Shown here one piece after another: positions 1-12,844 of a stretch of 64,000 nucleotides of DNA. The notes under the pieces were generated by a model. That model ran no database searches, was not told where the DNA came from, and saw only the letters and a list, made by a program, of their open reading frames with translations. Position 1 is the stretch's first letter. Every line of letters starts with the position of its first letter. The position numbers were made by a program, and so were the translations under genes. Origin of the DNA: Trichosphaerium sp. ATCC 40318 (Eukaryota; Protista; Tubulinea); assembly GCA_038496445.1 (NCBI GenBank), contig JALMLS010000414.1, positions 1 through 64,000 of the forward strand, written 5' to 3'.

Positions 1-606
1 AGCGAACGTAGAAAGAACGTGCAATCAAATACCGAAAAAACCGGACTTGATTTTCGCACAACTCGTATCTGATACGAGTTGATACGGTTTTTGCATTTAG
101 TCACGCGTAACTGTTTTATTGTTGTGCTTTACTTGTTTGCTCGAGTAAAGAAAGAAAGCTAATATCACGTGATGAATTATGTTCTACTACATGCGCCAAA
201 AGAATGCAGAATATGAGTGCATTAGAAAACCATTCGGATTTGAAACAAGTATCAGCAGCTGCAAACAACTTGCTCCCATGCTCCTCAAAACCCATATAAC
301 ACCAACACAGAGTAAAAATTAGTGGTAGTTATCAATCATAAGGCGATATTTGGACAGTGGTAGTTGTCTATTAACCTGTAGACGTTTTTGCTTTGATAGA
401 ACCCATTTTCATCCCTTGTGCACTGTTACTGCTTCACAGCGCAATGACGCGTCTATTTTGGAACCTATAATGTTCTCTTATTTGAAAGAAAGTATAGTAA
501 ACTGTTTGTATGTCTTTTTTGTGGAATCACATTCGTTGCTTGCGTTTAGGCGAACCATTTACTTTTTTGTTTCCAAGCTTCAAACATAGTCTCAAACACA
601 ACCTCA

Positions 607-1982
607 ATGGCAACACAAATAAAACTCGTTGTAGTAGGAGATGGCGCTGTTGGTAAGTAAACACTCGGAGATATATTCTATGACGGTTGGCGCACGTGGG
701 GCGGCTCCGCAATCGTAAATAGAAGACAACAAAATCGTCTAGTTAATTTTTTTTTTGTATACTTTTACTACACCCGCGTCTATGCTTCTCTTGTAGTTAC
801 TTACCTTCGTGTATAGGTAAAACGTGCCTCTTGATCAGTTATGCTAATAACAGTTTCCCTGATGATTACGTACCTACTGTATTGTACGACCTCATAGAAC
901 CACGTTTTTTTCAAAATTAACAAATATCAAAAAAAACCAACAATCCAAATTTTTTTTGGTGTTACGGATAAAACATCGAGATGTTCAATTTTCTTTTCTG
1001 TTTTGGCCTCGTTCGTATCCCCACTATCTTATTTCTCTTTATAGCGATAATTACGTGGTAACTGTGACTGCAGGTGATCAATCTATCGAATTAGGATTGT
1101 GGGATACCGCAGGCACGTGATTTTGAAACCAGTAGCAAAATCGTCCATTGTTTAGAATTTTTGTGGGCACAACACCCAAAAACTCAATTAAAAATTGTTA
1201 TCTTCTTTTCAAGACTTTTACACCATCACTGCGAACAGTGTGAACGATTTTAAACAAATATTTGTAAATGTACAGACCGAAACGAAACTTTCTTTGTTTT
1301 TTTTTTTCTTCGTGGATTGCAGTAGAAAAATGGGAAACTCATTTCTTTTTAATAGGGCAGGAAGAATATGATAAATTGAGACCATTGTCTTACGCAAACG
1401 CAAACGTATTTTTGATATGTTTCTCTATTGTAAACCCTACTTCATATGAAAACGTGCAAGCCAAGGTACCCACACGTGATAAAATTTTTAAGAAAACAAC
1501 GTTTTTCTTTAAAGGAAAAACGCCACCAGTAGGCCTGAAAATAAGCACGTGCTTGGCCGATTTTTTCGATTATACCACCAAGCGTATTTGAACTGACAAT
1601 TACCATTAGTGGTACCCAGAGCTAGTACACTACAGTCCTGGAGAGGCCATTATCTTGGTCGGCACAAAAGTCGATTTGCGTTCAGACAGCGCCATTCAAG
1701 AAAAATTGAAGGCTGTTGGACAGAGCCCAATCACTGTTGAACAAGGTAACGACCTCGCTAAAAAAGTAAGCGCTGTTTCCTACATGGAATGCAGTGCTAA
1801 AACCCAAGAAGGTCTAAAAGAGGTACCACCAAAGAAAGAAAAGAGAGCAAAAAAAATTCCTAAATGGTTCCTTTTTTTTTTGATCAGTTTGCTTAACAAG
1901 ATGGTAGGTATTCGATGAGGCTGTAAAAGCTGTACTCTTTTCTAGCAACAAGAAGAAGAGAGGAAGGTGTACATTATTGTAG
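607..1982 (+). CDS. Rho-family (Rac/Cdc42/ROP-like) small GTPase, 6 exons
   Basis: Spliced translation [16 protein letters not shown]|[22 protein letters not shown]|DNY...LGLWDTAG|[12 protein letters not shown]...|WYPEL...VGTKVDLR...YMECSAKTQ|...[11 protein letters not shown]1-G5 motifs, polybasic tail and CAAX box present. Intron 3 is GC-AG. Confidence 0.95.
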
Positions 1983-3382
1983 AGGGCTAATACTTTGAAA
2001 TTATAAGCGGACTACTGTATATCGTATGATCGTCTCTATGATGGCGGTTGTAATTTGAGTTAGAGGATTTTCCAAAAAAGAAAAAAAAAAGAAAAAAAAA
2101 GACAAAAAACCCAAGACGGCTTGTGGGCTTTGTTGACACTTAAAAAAAACACTGTAACTTGTTAATCCCACACCAGTTTAAATTAATTATGTGTACACCT
2201 ATTATTTGTCAAGTAATCTAGAAATATCATCGCCGTACATGCTCCTCAGATTGACAGGAAAAATTGTATGATTTTTTTGTCTCTGGAGTATTCAGACGGG
2301 ACAGGACTTGATAAACTGCTATTCACTTTACTATAAGATATTTCACGTGAACGTTTCGAGGTACAACACGTGGTGACGCTTGCCTCAAGATACAATCTCC
2401 AATTTCATTGGGAGGTGCCTGTGGTGCAAGTATGCGAGCAGCGAACAAAGTGGAAGATATATTAAGTGAGCGTTTATAAACCTGTGCAGTTGGTGTTCTA
2501 CTGAATTGCAGAAAAACTGAGAAAACTACACAATTGAATTGGAGTTTTAGGCATTATGCGCTTCTACTATTGCAATAATATGCGACGTAGTAACAATCTA
2601 AGACTTCCAAAAAAGAAAACAACAAGTTAAATTTAACTCAAAGTATACCCAAAACAATACTTCATAGTATCCAACACACGACTCGTAATGGTGTTACGTA
2701 ACGTATACGTTGTAGAACGAAGCGTAGTTTCGTTTTTTGTTTTCAGATTATCTCTTTGTATCACCATCAAACAAACGCTTAATGTATATCACATGAACAC
2801 TGTGTTGAGAACCCAATTAGAAAACTATAGGCCACTTTTGTTGTTGATAAAAATGTTTAGTTTGCAACTTGCAAACACTTGGTTTTACACCACCCTACAA
2901 TACGTATACTTCTATGTAATCTAAACACCTCAAACGAATAAACGAAATAGCGCTAGTTGCGGAAATTCTGACTCAAACAAAGAAAAAAAGTCGCGTAGTC
3001 ACCGTAACTTGTAGTGCAACAATCATTGCTACCTTTCATGTCCAACAAGTGCTGTCTAACTTGAAAAAGTAGTAAACTAGCGATATAAACTGTTTATGCC
3101 AATAGAACAATCGGAAAGGGAGTTGCAACCATACAATAGGTTTTTCGTACGCAGTAGAAAACTCGCTTTTTTTTTCTTTTTTTGGTCAAATCCTCACACC
3201 AAAAATCCAAAACAACACACGTCTTGGATTTCTTATTTCACAAATGGTACGGGTGTATACATATCAGAGAAAATACCGCAGTTGCGGTATTGTTTTTTTT
3301 TTTTTTTGTTGCTTTAAGCTTTAAATCTTTTCCCTCGCTTTCCTGGTACACAAAACACAACCACAGTTCCTTTAGATACCCT

Positions 3383-5910
3383 ATGGTATCCCCACAACGC
3401 CCCAATTTTATCCGGAATACCTAGTTTTCGATTAACAGGAATTTGATACGCAAAACATCTACCCACTACTTGTTGTTTTTTTTTTCTCGTACGTATGCTA
3501 ACTAGTCGCTTAGTCACTCACTAAAGCCATTTTACTGGCTCTGTTCGCCGTAGTGGTTCTATCACAATCTATTGATTTGAGCCGTTGCCCTGAAGTAGAT
3601 CTCGTGTTTTTATATGGTAAATTACGCACTCTTATAGTAACAACCCTGTGCAATTGCCTTTTTTTTTTTGCTGCAGTTTTCTTTCATCGCTTTTTGTTTA
3701 ATTCTGCTAGATTTGTCTCAATCAATGGACGAAGAGGGCGGAAACGCTTGCGAAAGTATCGCTACTTTAACACAAGCACTAACAGAAGAAGGTATTGGTA
3801 TTTCGTCAATTCAAAATTGGGCCATGGGTAAACCGGATGATTGGAAAACCAGTGACCTTGTGGATCGTTTTGAGTGTGTTGCAACTAACCCAGACGGCCA
3901 GTACTTGACTGAAGAAACCGTCTACTTTCAGCCTGATCTACCGAACCAAGAGAGAGGGGAAGCCTACGACATATGCCAATGGCCTAACGATGAAAATCGT
4001 GGTAACGATGAGAATTGGGCTGCAGCAAGTAGTAATGCCGCTGTATACTATGAATGGACGCGTTGTTCTATGCGTGTAGTCATTCCTTTCGGTGATGAAT
4101 CCGGCTGCCATGGTAGCGGAGGCTCCGATACTACTGAAGGTGTTTGGCCTTGCCCTTTTGCAGGTGGCTCAGAGGGTTGCTGCCGTGCGTTTTTTTTTTT
4201 GAATATTTGAAATCAGTTCTCTTCAATTAAGTAAACCTCCTTAACCTCCTTGCATAGTCACTGGTTCTGCGCAAGATACCAGTAGAGAGTATCTGGTAGG
4301 AAGACAAGCTGGTAATATTGCTTCAGAGATGGGGGTTACACTATTTCCAATTAGCGGTGACGTTCCTGGTACGTTTTCTAGCGAATGATTGTTTTATGTT
4401 AACATCCTTTTGTTTAGACGTACAAAATGGCTTTACAACAGCTTGCTTAGTAGATCAAATGACGGGAATGGTAAACAGAGCTCCATCTGGAAGCGCTTTC
4501 CTTGCAGATATTGCAGCTGACAAGGAAACGTTCGTGAATTCCATTAAGAACTCAATTGAGTCATTGTGTCAACTTATTGCGAGCAATGAGGGTTCTGTTG
4601 ATCCACAAACCGGACGTTATTGCTACAGTACTGGTGCTAGACCATCTACACTAACTGCTATATCTGCAAATAGTGTTATTAAAACGATAGACGGATCCCT
4701 AACAGGCGGTGAACCACCTTCTGGTTACTTAGCGCAAGCTGACTCTATGAACTATGCTGGATGGTCTGATTACCAATTCCCAGCTACCCACAATGGTACA
4801 TATCGGTTTAAAACAACTTCTTGTTATTGTGGGGTTTTTACTAATTCTTACAAACAGACAATGATAAATTTTTCCGTATCGACTTTCAAATGGATACAAG
4901 CGAGTTGGGTTCCTTTAGACCAACTGATGACTTTCCTCCTGTATTTTGTGTATTAGGTGGTAAAACAAGTACGCAATCAGTACCCCCACACTAGATTGAT
5001 TGTTTGGCTAACAACTTTGTTCAAAGTTAGCGCCTGGATGAACACAGAACGACTTGTAGAAAGTGACCAATTTTCTTCAGGCCGCTATTCCTCCACAACT
5101 GGCCTCAAATACAAAAAATGGACACAATGCTGGGAATGGCCAAAGGGCTTTGTACACACAAGCGAAGGTCTTAATGCTGAGCGTGCATGGGGTGGTAGTT
5201 TCGTACTTGTTCACATTAGTGACATTGATACATCCGTTAACAACCAATTCGACATGAAACTCGTCGTACCTAGAGAAATTGGTGAACTTGTCGATCCAAA
5301 TGCTCCACCAACGCTTCCTCCTACTAGGCGTACTACAAGTCCTCCTGTACCGCCAACACCTGCACCTACTCGTGCTCCAAATACTCTTCCTCCTACTCGT
5401 GTTGCTCAACCTACAACTCCAGTAGCACCTACAGCACCAATAGTATTTACAGCCCCACCTACAGCAACACAATCCCCAATCTTTAATCCAACTGGACCTC
5501 CAACAACAGAAGTACCAACGCCACCAGTAACCCCAACTACTGCCGTACCAACTACTGTAACCCCTACTATACCTACAACTGAGGCCCCAGTATCACCTAC
5601 TGAGCGTGCTACTCTTCCTCCACTAGGAGTTGGACAAACATATTCTCCGTCTCAGATTGCTTCTACAGCTATACCTAGCGAGGGTGTTACTCTTCCTCCA
5701 CTAGGAGTTGGACAAACGTATTCTCCAGCTCAGATTGCCTCTACAGCTACCCCAGGTGGTGATGGAAGCGGTCCTTCTGCACCAGTTGCTCCTGATGCTA
5801 TTAGGACTACGTCTCCTAACGGTAACAGCGGATTTATTGGCAGTTTCTCTTCCCGTGTAGTCGTTTCATTGGCAGTAATCTGTTTGGCTTTTATCGCTGC
5901 ATTGCTTTAA
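3383..5910 (+). CDS. Cell-surface VWA-domain protein with Pro/Thr-rich mucin-like stalk and C-terminal hydrophobic (GPI/TM) anchor
   Basis: M|SLTKAILLALFAVVVLSQ signal peptide; spliced DLVFLY|DLSQSM gives the MIDAS DxSxS motif; later RVVIPFGDE; long P/T tract; C-terminus VVVSLAVICLAFIAALL*. Start exon inferred. Confidence 0.75.
5611..5748 (+). repeat. Intragenic direct repeat (78-nt period) encoding TLPPLGVGQTYSP(S/A)QIASTA twice
   Basis: actcttcctccactaggagttggacaaac... at 5611 and 5689. Confidence 0.9.
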
Positions 5911-6357
5911 AAAGCATGAAACACGGCATTTCCATTCAAACAACGAGAGAACTGGAAAACTTATCTTATTTTCACACAAAACAAAAAAAAAGAAAAAAGA
6001 ATCACCAGATCAAAAGTGAAATGTATCAACAACCTTTTAAATAAATTCTATTTACAACAATTTGTCAATCTTATTCCTTCAACCAACAATTTGAAATAAT
6101 TCAGCATGAATTACACGCTACACGCCTACGTGCTCTGTATTTTTCTCGTGGAATAAAGTTATCTTTCCGGTGGCGACCGGGAGTACAAGACAGTTCCATT
6201 CAGGTATTTAAAAAGCCTTCTTTGGTTGTAATAATAACTAAGACAATGTTTATTGCATGAATGGCTTGAGTTTACATCTTTTTTTAGTTTGCCGAATAGA
6301 AATATTTATTTAAACGGTGAGGTGTTTAAGGAGGGGTTTGGGGGTTCCTAGCCTACC

Positions 6358-8019
6358 TTATAAGTCTAGGAGGAGTGTTCTTGGGTCCTCTACGCCTTCT
6401 TTGATCTTTCTCAAAAAGAGGACAGCATCACGACCGTCAATGAGACGATGATCGTAAGTAAGAGCCAAGTACATCATAGGACGGATAACGATTTCGCCGT
6501 TTACTACAACTGGTTGCTCCTGTATACCGTGCATACCTAGAATAGCGGATTGCGGTGGGTTAATGATAGGTGTGCCCATCATAGATCCGTATACGCCTAA
6601 TTAATAGCTTAGATCTATTATCAATACAAAAGAAGACTGTCAAAGTTGTTTTTAAAGGGATTTGCGTACCGCCGTTTGAGATTGTAAAAGTGCCTCCTTG
6701 CATCTCTTCTACGCTAATCTTGTTTTCTTTGCCCTTTTTGCCTAGTTCACCAATAGTCTTTTCAACGTCGGCAAAGGACATATTCTCTACTTGTCGTAGC
6801 ACAGGTACAAGAAGACCGCGTGGTGTAGCAACAGCAATGCTGATATCAACTGAATCCTTGTGAACAATATCATTTCCATCAATATGAGCGTTAACGATTG
6901 GAAATTGTTGCAAGGCGTTGCAAGAAGCCTAAAAAAAACCAACGCGTAAATAACAACATGAATGATGATTCCAGGGTACCTTAACAAAAGCGGACATGAA
7001 GCCCAACTTAACACCATGCTTCTTCAAAAATGCGTCTTTGTGTGTGGTACGCATGTCAATCAAGTTACCCAAGTTTGCGTGTTGGAACGTTGTGAGTAAT
7101 GCAGCAGTGTTTTGTGAAGCCTTCAATCTCTCTGCGGTACGTACACGAATAGGTCTCATTCTTTCCTATTTTTCGAAAAAAAAAGTCAGAACTCTCTACG
7201 AGATCATCTGGAGGCACTCAAACAGTTGCCTATGGAAAGGATACGTACACGACGTTCGCCTGATCCTGCTGGTTTATCTACTTTAGGTGCTGTAGGAGGT
7301 GGAGTTGGTGCTGATTTTGGTTGTTCGGGTTTTTTGGCTTCTTCCTTCTTTGGTGCTTCCGTTTGGGCCTTGGCTGGTTCTGCAGACTTTGCTGGCTCGG
7401 CAGGCTTGGCAGCAGCGGCACCTTCGGTGAGCACAGCAATCTTTTGATCTACTTGTACTGTGTCTGATTCTTCGACCAATAGGTCGGTGATGGTACCAGC
7501 AGTAGGTGCTCTAATGTCTACTTCAACTTTATCCGTTTCGATTTGTCCAATCGTCTCGTCGACGTCTACTGAGTCTCCTTTTGCTTTGACCCAAGTGTGT
7601 AATACACCCTCTGTAATAGAATCACCCATTGGTGGGACTTTGATGTCAATTACATCTAATAACGCGTCAGAAGGAGATAATGTAATCTTGAGGTTATTTC
7701 GGAGACTGTGTCAGCGAAAACGCCATTGGTGCGAATAGAAAGACCGTGGTGAGTACCTCCAGTCGCATACCACCTAGTTGCGTTCGTAGACGCAGCTAGC
7801 GGTGTTTTAATCTCGTTTACGCTGTTTTTTTGCCATAGCGAATAGTTTGCTGATAGTACTTTAGGTTGGCTTGTAGTACGTATTGTTGTACGAGTATTGT
7901 GCTGTACAACACGCTAAACAACACAGTTAAATAATTTAAACGTGAAAAAACGGCTTCACTAATTTCATTACCTGACTGTACGTTGATGAAAACTTTGTGG
8001 CAGTGCGTAGTAAAGCCAT
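6358..8019 (-). CDS. DLST: Dihydrolipoamide succinyltransferase (E2 of 2-oxoglutarate dehydrogenase), mitochondrial, multi-exon
   Basis: Lipoyl domain (MGDSITEG...IETDKV), Ala/Pro/Lys linker, catalytic domain [28 protein letters not shown]; N-terminal presequence-like [10 protein letters not shown]. Confidence 0.95.
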
Positions 8020-8099
8020 TGATACCTATTTGTATTGGTAGAAACGACAGTAAGCGAGCACTTATCGAGACTTAAGCATTTTATCAACAAAACCAAACA
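8020..8099. promoter_or_regulatory. Probable bidirectional promoter between DLST and mitochondrial RRF
   Basis: Only 80 bp separate the two inferred divergent start codons. Confidence 0.55.
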
Positions 8100-9408
8100 A
8101 TGTTGCGTGGAGTGGCTTCGTTACGGATTCAAGCAGTACGACAATACAAAACAAAACAAATTTAACCGTATGGCCACATGTTAACCGTATTAGCGTGTTG
8201 CGACTCGCCCATACACTACTAGCACGCGTGGTGTACAACGTGTGAGCGTTAAAACAGGAAACAATACACTTCGCAAGAATCTGGCTCAAACAGACTTTAA
8301 CTCCAGTCCTTGGCAACGAGTGAGGACCTACCATACGACTAACTTCGCTTTGAAGAAAGGTGGTGGCAAAGGAGGAAAGGGAAACAAAAAAAAAGGTGGT
8401 GGAGGCGGTGGACAAAGTGACGCAGAGCCTACAGGTGGTAATGAAGCTGAAGGTGCAAAATAAGAGACAAATAACCGTATTTTTTGAAAAATGACATTCC
8501 TCCTAGAGTTTGACTTTAAAGCGTTCTCTAAAGCAACAGCCGAAGTAATAAGTGAATGTGAGGAGGAACTTCGCGGTCTGGTACGTTTTCTGACACCTAG
8601 AAAAAAGCTGTTTTCTCAATTTTGTTTTGGCAAGTTTGGGTTTCAGTTGGACTTACATGCATATTTTAGACCCTAGGTAGGGCTGATCCAAAGACTGTTC
8701 GTAATATAGAGTGCGAATCAGGTACTATAGCCTCTTTGGGACAAGTTTCTGTTAGAGACAGAAATACAATGCTTGTATCTCTCTATGACCCTGATATGGT
8801 CAGTGAAGTTGTTGAAGGTTGTCGTGATGCTGATATGGGACTTAAAGTCAGTATCCAGGGTGGTACTGTCTCAGTTTCTTTCCCAAAGTACGTTTTATTT
8901 TAAGTTAAAAAAAATGGCATGTTTTTCACGTGTTTTTTTGTCTGTTTTGTACTTGTATTATCTGTGGTTTCTGTGTTTTTTAAACCTGTGCATAATGAGC
9001 TATTAGACCAACAAATGAAGTACGACAAAAACTGATAAAGAAGGCGAAGGAAACTCAACAAGAAGTATGGATTTTTTGGTTTTTTTTAATTTTTGTTTGG
9101 ATATAGTACAGTCTAGGGCTCATTATGCTCTTCTAGTATAAAGATAGTATAAGAGAAGTACGTCATGAGCATATGGACCTTTTATCCGAATTGGAAGGAG
9201 TTCCAGAAGACGCAATACGTCGTAGCAAATCAAGGGTAAGCGCAAACCGCTTTGTGCCATTTCTCACTATTTTTTTTCAAACTTTTTGCTATCCTTTTTA
9301 CTCACCCTTGTTTTACCCTAGATTCAAAATAATGTTACTGAGTCGAATGCTAAAATTGATAAGATGATAAAGGAAAAAGTGAAAGAAATCGAAACACAAC
9401 AGACATAA
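8100..9408 (+). CDS. MRRF: Mitochondrial ribosome recycling factor, multi-exon
   Basis: Presequence and KKGGGKGGK; spliced ...EEELRGL|TLGRADPKTV...IASLGQVSVRDRNTMLVSLYDP...VSFPK|PTNEVRQKLIKKAKE...KDSIREVR...KIDKMIKEKVKEI fits the RRF motif layout. Confidence 0.85.
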
Positions 9409-10300
9409 TCAAATATTACGTTAAATCAATTCAAACAACAATCGAAAGTGGCTACATATTAATTCTTGAGTAAGTAAAATCACAAATAAAAACACGTGAC
9501 AAGATATGTTTTTCAGTTGTTGGAAGAAGATTTGACATATTTCCTTTTTACTTTTTGTTGCAGTCAATCCATTTGTGTCAAAGCGTTGTAACTAGTCTTC
9601 TCTTATTGTGCGTTTCAAGTACTAAACACTTATTTATTTGCGACTCTGAAATGATGTTGTACCATCAAACCCAATTGAAGGCTGAATGATTTGCAACAAG
9701 TAAAAAAAACTAAGTTGGCAAATGGCTCTTTACTTGAGTTGAAACGCAATAAGTCTATGGATAGTTTGTATAGCTATAATTTGGCCCTAGAAAACGCTAG
9801 GGGAGCATGTTGTTTTGCTTATTAATCAATTGTAGTGTGGGTTAATGGAGAAGTCCACCTCCCTTAAAGCTTTCAAACAAAGTTTGATTACAATCCAGAA
9901 TTGAAACAAGAATTTGATTGTTGAAGAACTCATGCGGTTATCTGTTGTCGACTTTTCACACCAGACTGGTGAATAGTAAAATACCACAAGCTACCATTAG
10001 TCGAAAAACAAAAACTAAAATTTTATCAGTTAGAGCCTACAAGTATTGAAGAACGCGCAAGATATTTAAACAACCTAGTCTCACAAAAAAACAGATTCGA
10101 GTACAACATTTACTTTGCTTGTTACATAAAACCCAGGATCCCGATTTCAAAAAAGAAATACTCTACGTATCACTCTTTTTTAACAGTATCATCTATTAAG
10201 ATTTTCCACATATCTTGTGCAAGTGTAAATCAAGTGACAAAATTAAATTAATTTAAAATTCTTCTATTTGTTACAACAGTGCTTATCATTGGTTTAGTGT

Positions 10301-11850
10301 TTACGCTACAGAACATCTTTCATTGGAAGGTTGACTAGGCTCACTATCACCATCCTCATCATCATTATTACTATCAGGATCATCGCTTTCAAGGGCAGGG
10401 TCATCCTGGTCTTCACTTTCAGACTGTTCATTATTACTGTCATCACTATCTTCCATAACCTCGTCATCACTGTCATCACTGTCACGACTATGTTCCACCA
10501 CATCATCGCTGCCATCACTATCTTTCAAACCTTTTTTATGTACTACAACGTTACTAGCAAAAAAGTAAGCTTTTGATATGATGCAACATTAAAAGTTTTT
10601 CAGTTACCTGTGAGTTTTATAATCTTTGTCTCCAGGATGACTAAAATGAGCCAAATGACGTTTATGCTTCCTGTAACATTTTGAACCATACATACACTTT
10701 TTTCTTCCTGTAGAATTTTGTTGTTTTTTTAACGTGTTTGGCTACAATGTGCATGTTAAGTTTGGTTCTTAAAACTTGACTTAATTATTTTTTTTCTTCA
10801 GATTTTTGGGATGTAGTTAACTCACCTCTTGTGCTATTTCATCATCATCATTATCATCATCATCACTTGTACTATCTTCATTATTGTCTTGACTATCTTC
10901 TTCCATATCATCATCATTATCTTTACATGTCCAAGCCAATGATTCATACCTGACCATCAACTTGTTGCAATCCGCTTTTTTTCCTAATTTCAAAATCTCC
11001 AAAAAAAAGTTTCCATAATGACTTAATTTCTTTTCGCCTATACCCTTGATAGCAAGCATATCTTTATAGTTCTTTGGTTTATAATGACATAGAGATAATA
11101 ATGTAGAATTATTAAAAACACAATAAGCAGGTAGACGCTCCTTACTACACAGTAAAAGTCGCAATTCAACAAATTTTTTGTATAGCACTTTATCATCGTC
11201 TGACAGGTTTTTTGGAACAATTATTGCGTTTTTCTTACCACCACGTGGTGATGCACGTGATGATGACGAAGTGCGTGCACGTTTTCTTGCAGGTGAACCA
11301 TTTGGTAATCCGCGTTTTTCAGGTGCCTAGAAGGATAAGAGAAAGCAACAGAACGCACGGGATGTCAAAATAGAAGATTTCACTCATATCTATGACGTTT
11401 ATAATATTTCACTGTTTACGCGTTCGGCTTGGTTACGCGCGTAAACGTTTGAGTCAGTTTTTGAAAAAAAATGACAAATCTAATGACGTTTTTTCTACGA
11501 ATGTGTATTGGCGGTTTTCAGCGCGTGTCAAAAAGTTCAAGGAATGGTTTACAAAATAAAAAAGATGCTTACTTGCTTTGCCAGCCTTCTAGACCTTCGG
11601 CTACCTTGTAAAGGACTAGAAAATGGCGATCTCTTGCGTTTTCGGTTTGCCTGAGGAGTGTTAGTGCTTATCAACAGCTTTTCTCGTATTATGCCTTTGG
11701 TGGTGTTTTTTTAGCCTTTGCAAACAAAGCAGCAGACCCTGTGTCGTCTGTAAGTCCTAGTTTCTCGAGTAGGGCTTTGTTTCTCTGTATTTTTGCTAAA
11801 CGTTGCGCTTCGTAATCGCTTACTTCCGAATTAATGGTCTTGGCGCTCAT
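10301..11850 (-). CDS. Acidic nuclear protein with HRDC domain and PBZ (poly-ADP-ribose-binding) zinc finger
   Basis: N-terminal DYEAQRLAKIQRNKALLEKLGL; HRDC LYKKFVELR...LPAYCVFNNSTLLSL...IKGIGEKKLSHYGNFFL; exon at about 10631-10698 encodes CMYGSKCYRKHKRHLAHFSHPG; D/E/S-rich tracts. Confidence 0.75.
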
Positions 11851-12844
11851 GACAGGTCAGACACGTTACGGAAAAGTTACAAACTATGATGAATGTTTAA
11901 GTTGTACAACTAAGTTACAGCCACAGTAGAATTAATACGAATGCTTTCAACCACTACTAGGAGCTCTGTGTTATTACTACAAGTGATCAAAGCCGTTTTA
12001 ACTAACAAAATTCACAGCTTTCATTTTTTTGCCTTATTTGAACAAACAAGCGTTGACCGATCTACTTGCGATGTTAACATTCTATAATAGTCACGTGTTC
12101 ATATCGTTGATAACTTTTATAACTACCTAATCTTGGCAGTACTCAGTAAGTGTTGCAGTATCCAAAAAAAAAATAAAGTACCCACGTTTGTGTATGTAAT
12201 TGTCCGTACGGTAAGCGTTAATTATTTGTACTGGTTATGAACCTAAGCAAGCTTTTCGCAAGGTACCGACGCTATTAATTAAATTGAGCTACAAGAAAAT
12301 GAACGGTGCAGTTGCAACAACTCACATTGTGCAACGCGTCTAAAATAAGTGTAAACTATACTTAGGTGCAATCTGTAAGTGCCACATTTAGCACGTAACA
12401 GCAGTTACTCCGCTCAGGTATAGCACTCGTAAAGTAGCAAATAGGTACTTGCGCAAACACTGAGACAGCTACTGAGTGTTTGTACTGGCTTTTTGGATAG
12501 AGTCAGTCAGTACATGTCAATCCCTCAGTTTTTTTACAAAAACGCACCTGCACCACAAGTTTTGCAATAAAAGGGGTTATTTTTGGGTCACGCTAGTAGG
12601 CTAAATGAATGGCAGGCCAAAGAGGCGCTCTAGAACGCATCGCTTAAAAAGACAACACCGTATAGTTAGTTTACCTCATTATAATCAATACCACACCTGG
12701 GTACGTTTTATAGCTCTTGTAATCTATTTTGTGATGAGGTTTTCACGCGAAATTTTTTGACTTTGCACGTTTAATGTTTGTGAACTTTGGCCGTTATTTT
12801 TTTTGATTGGCCAATAGGCAAACCAGAAACGGCGTAAGCACGCC

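Noticed and set aside
5077-5472. Cys/Arg/Trp-rich minus-strand ORF, and similar antisense ORFs at 10331, 32371, 46828, 49423 and 55088
   Set aside because: Shadow frames of repetitive real genes on the opposite strand
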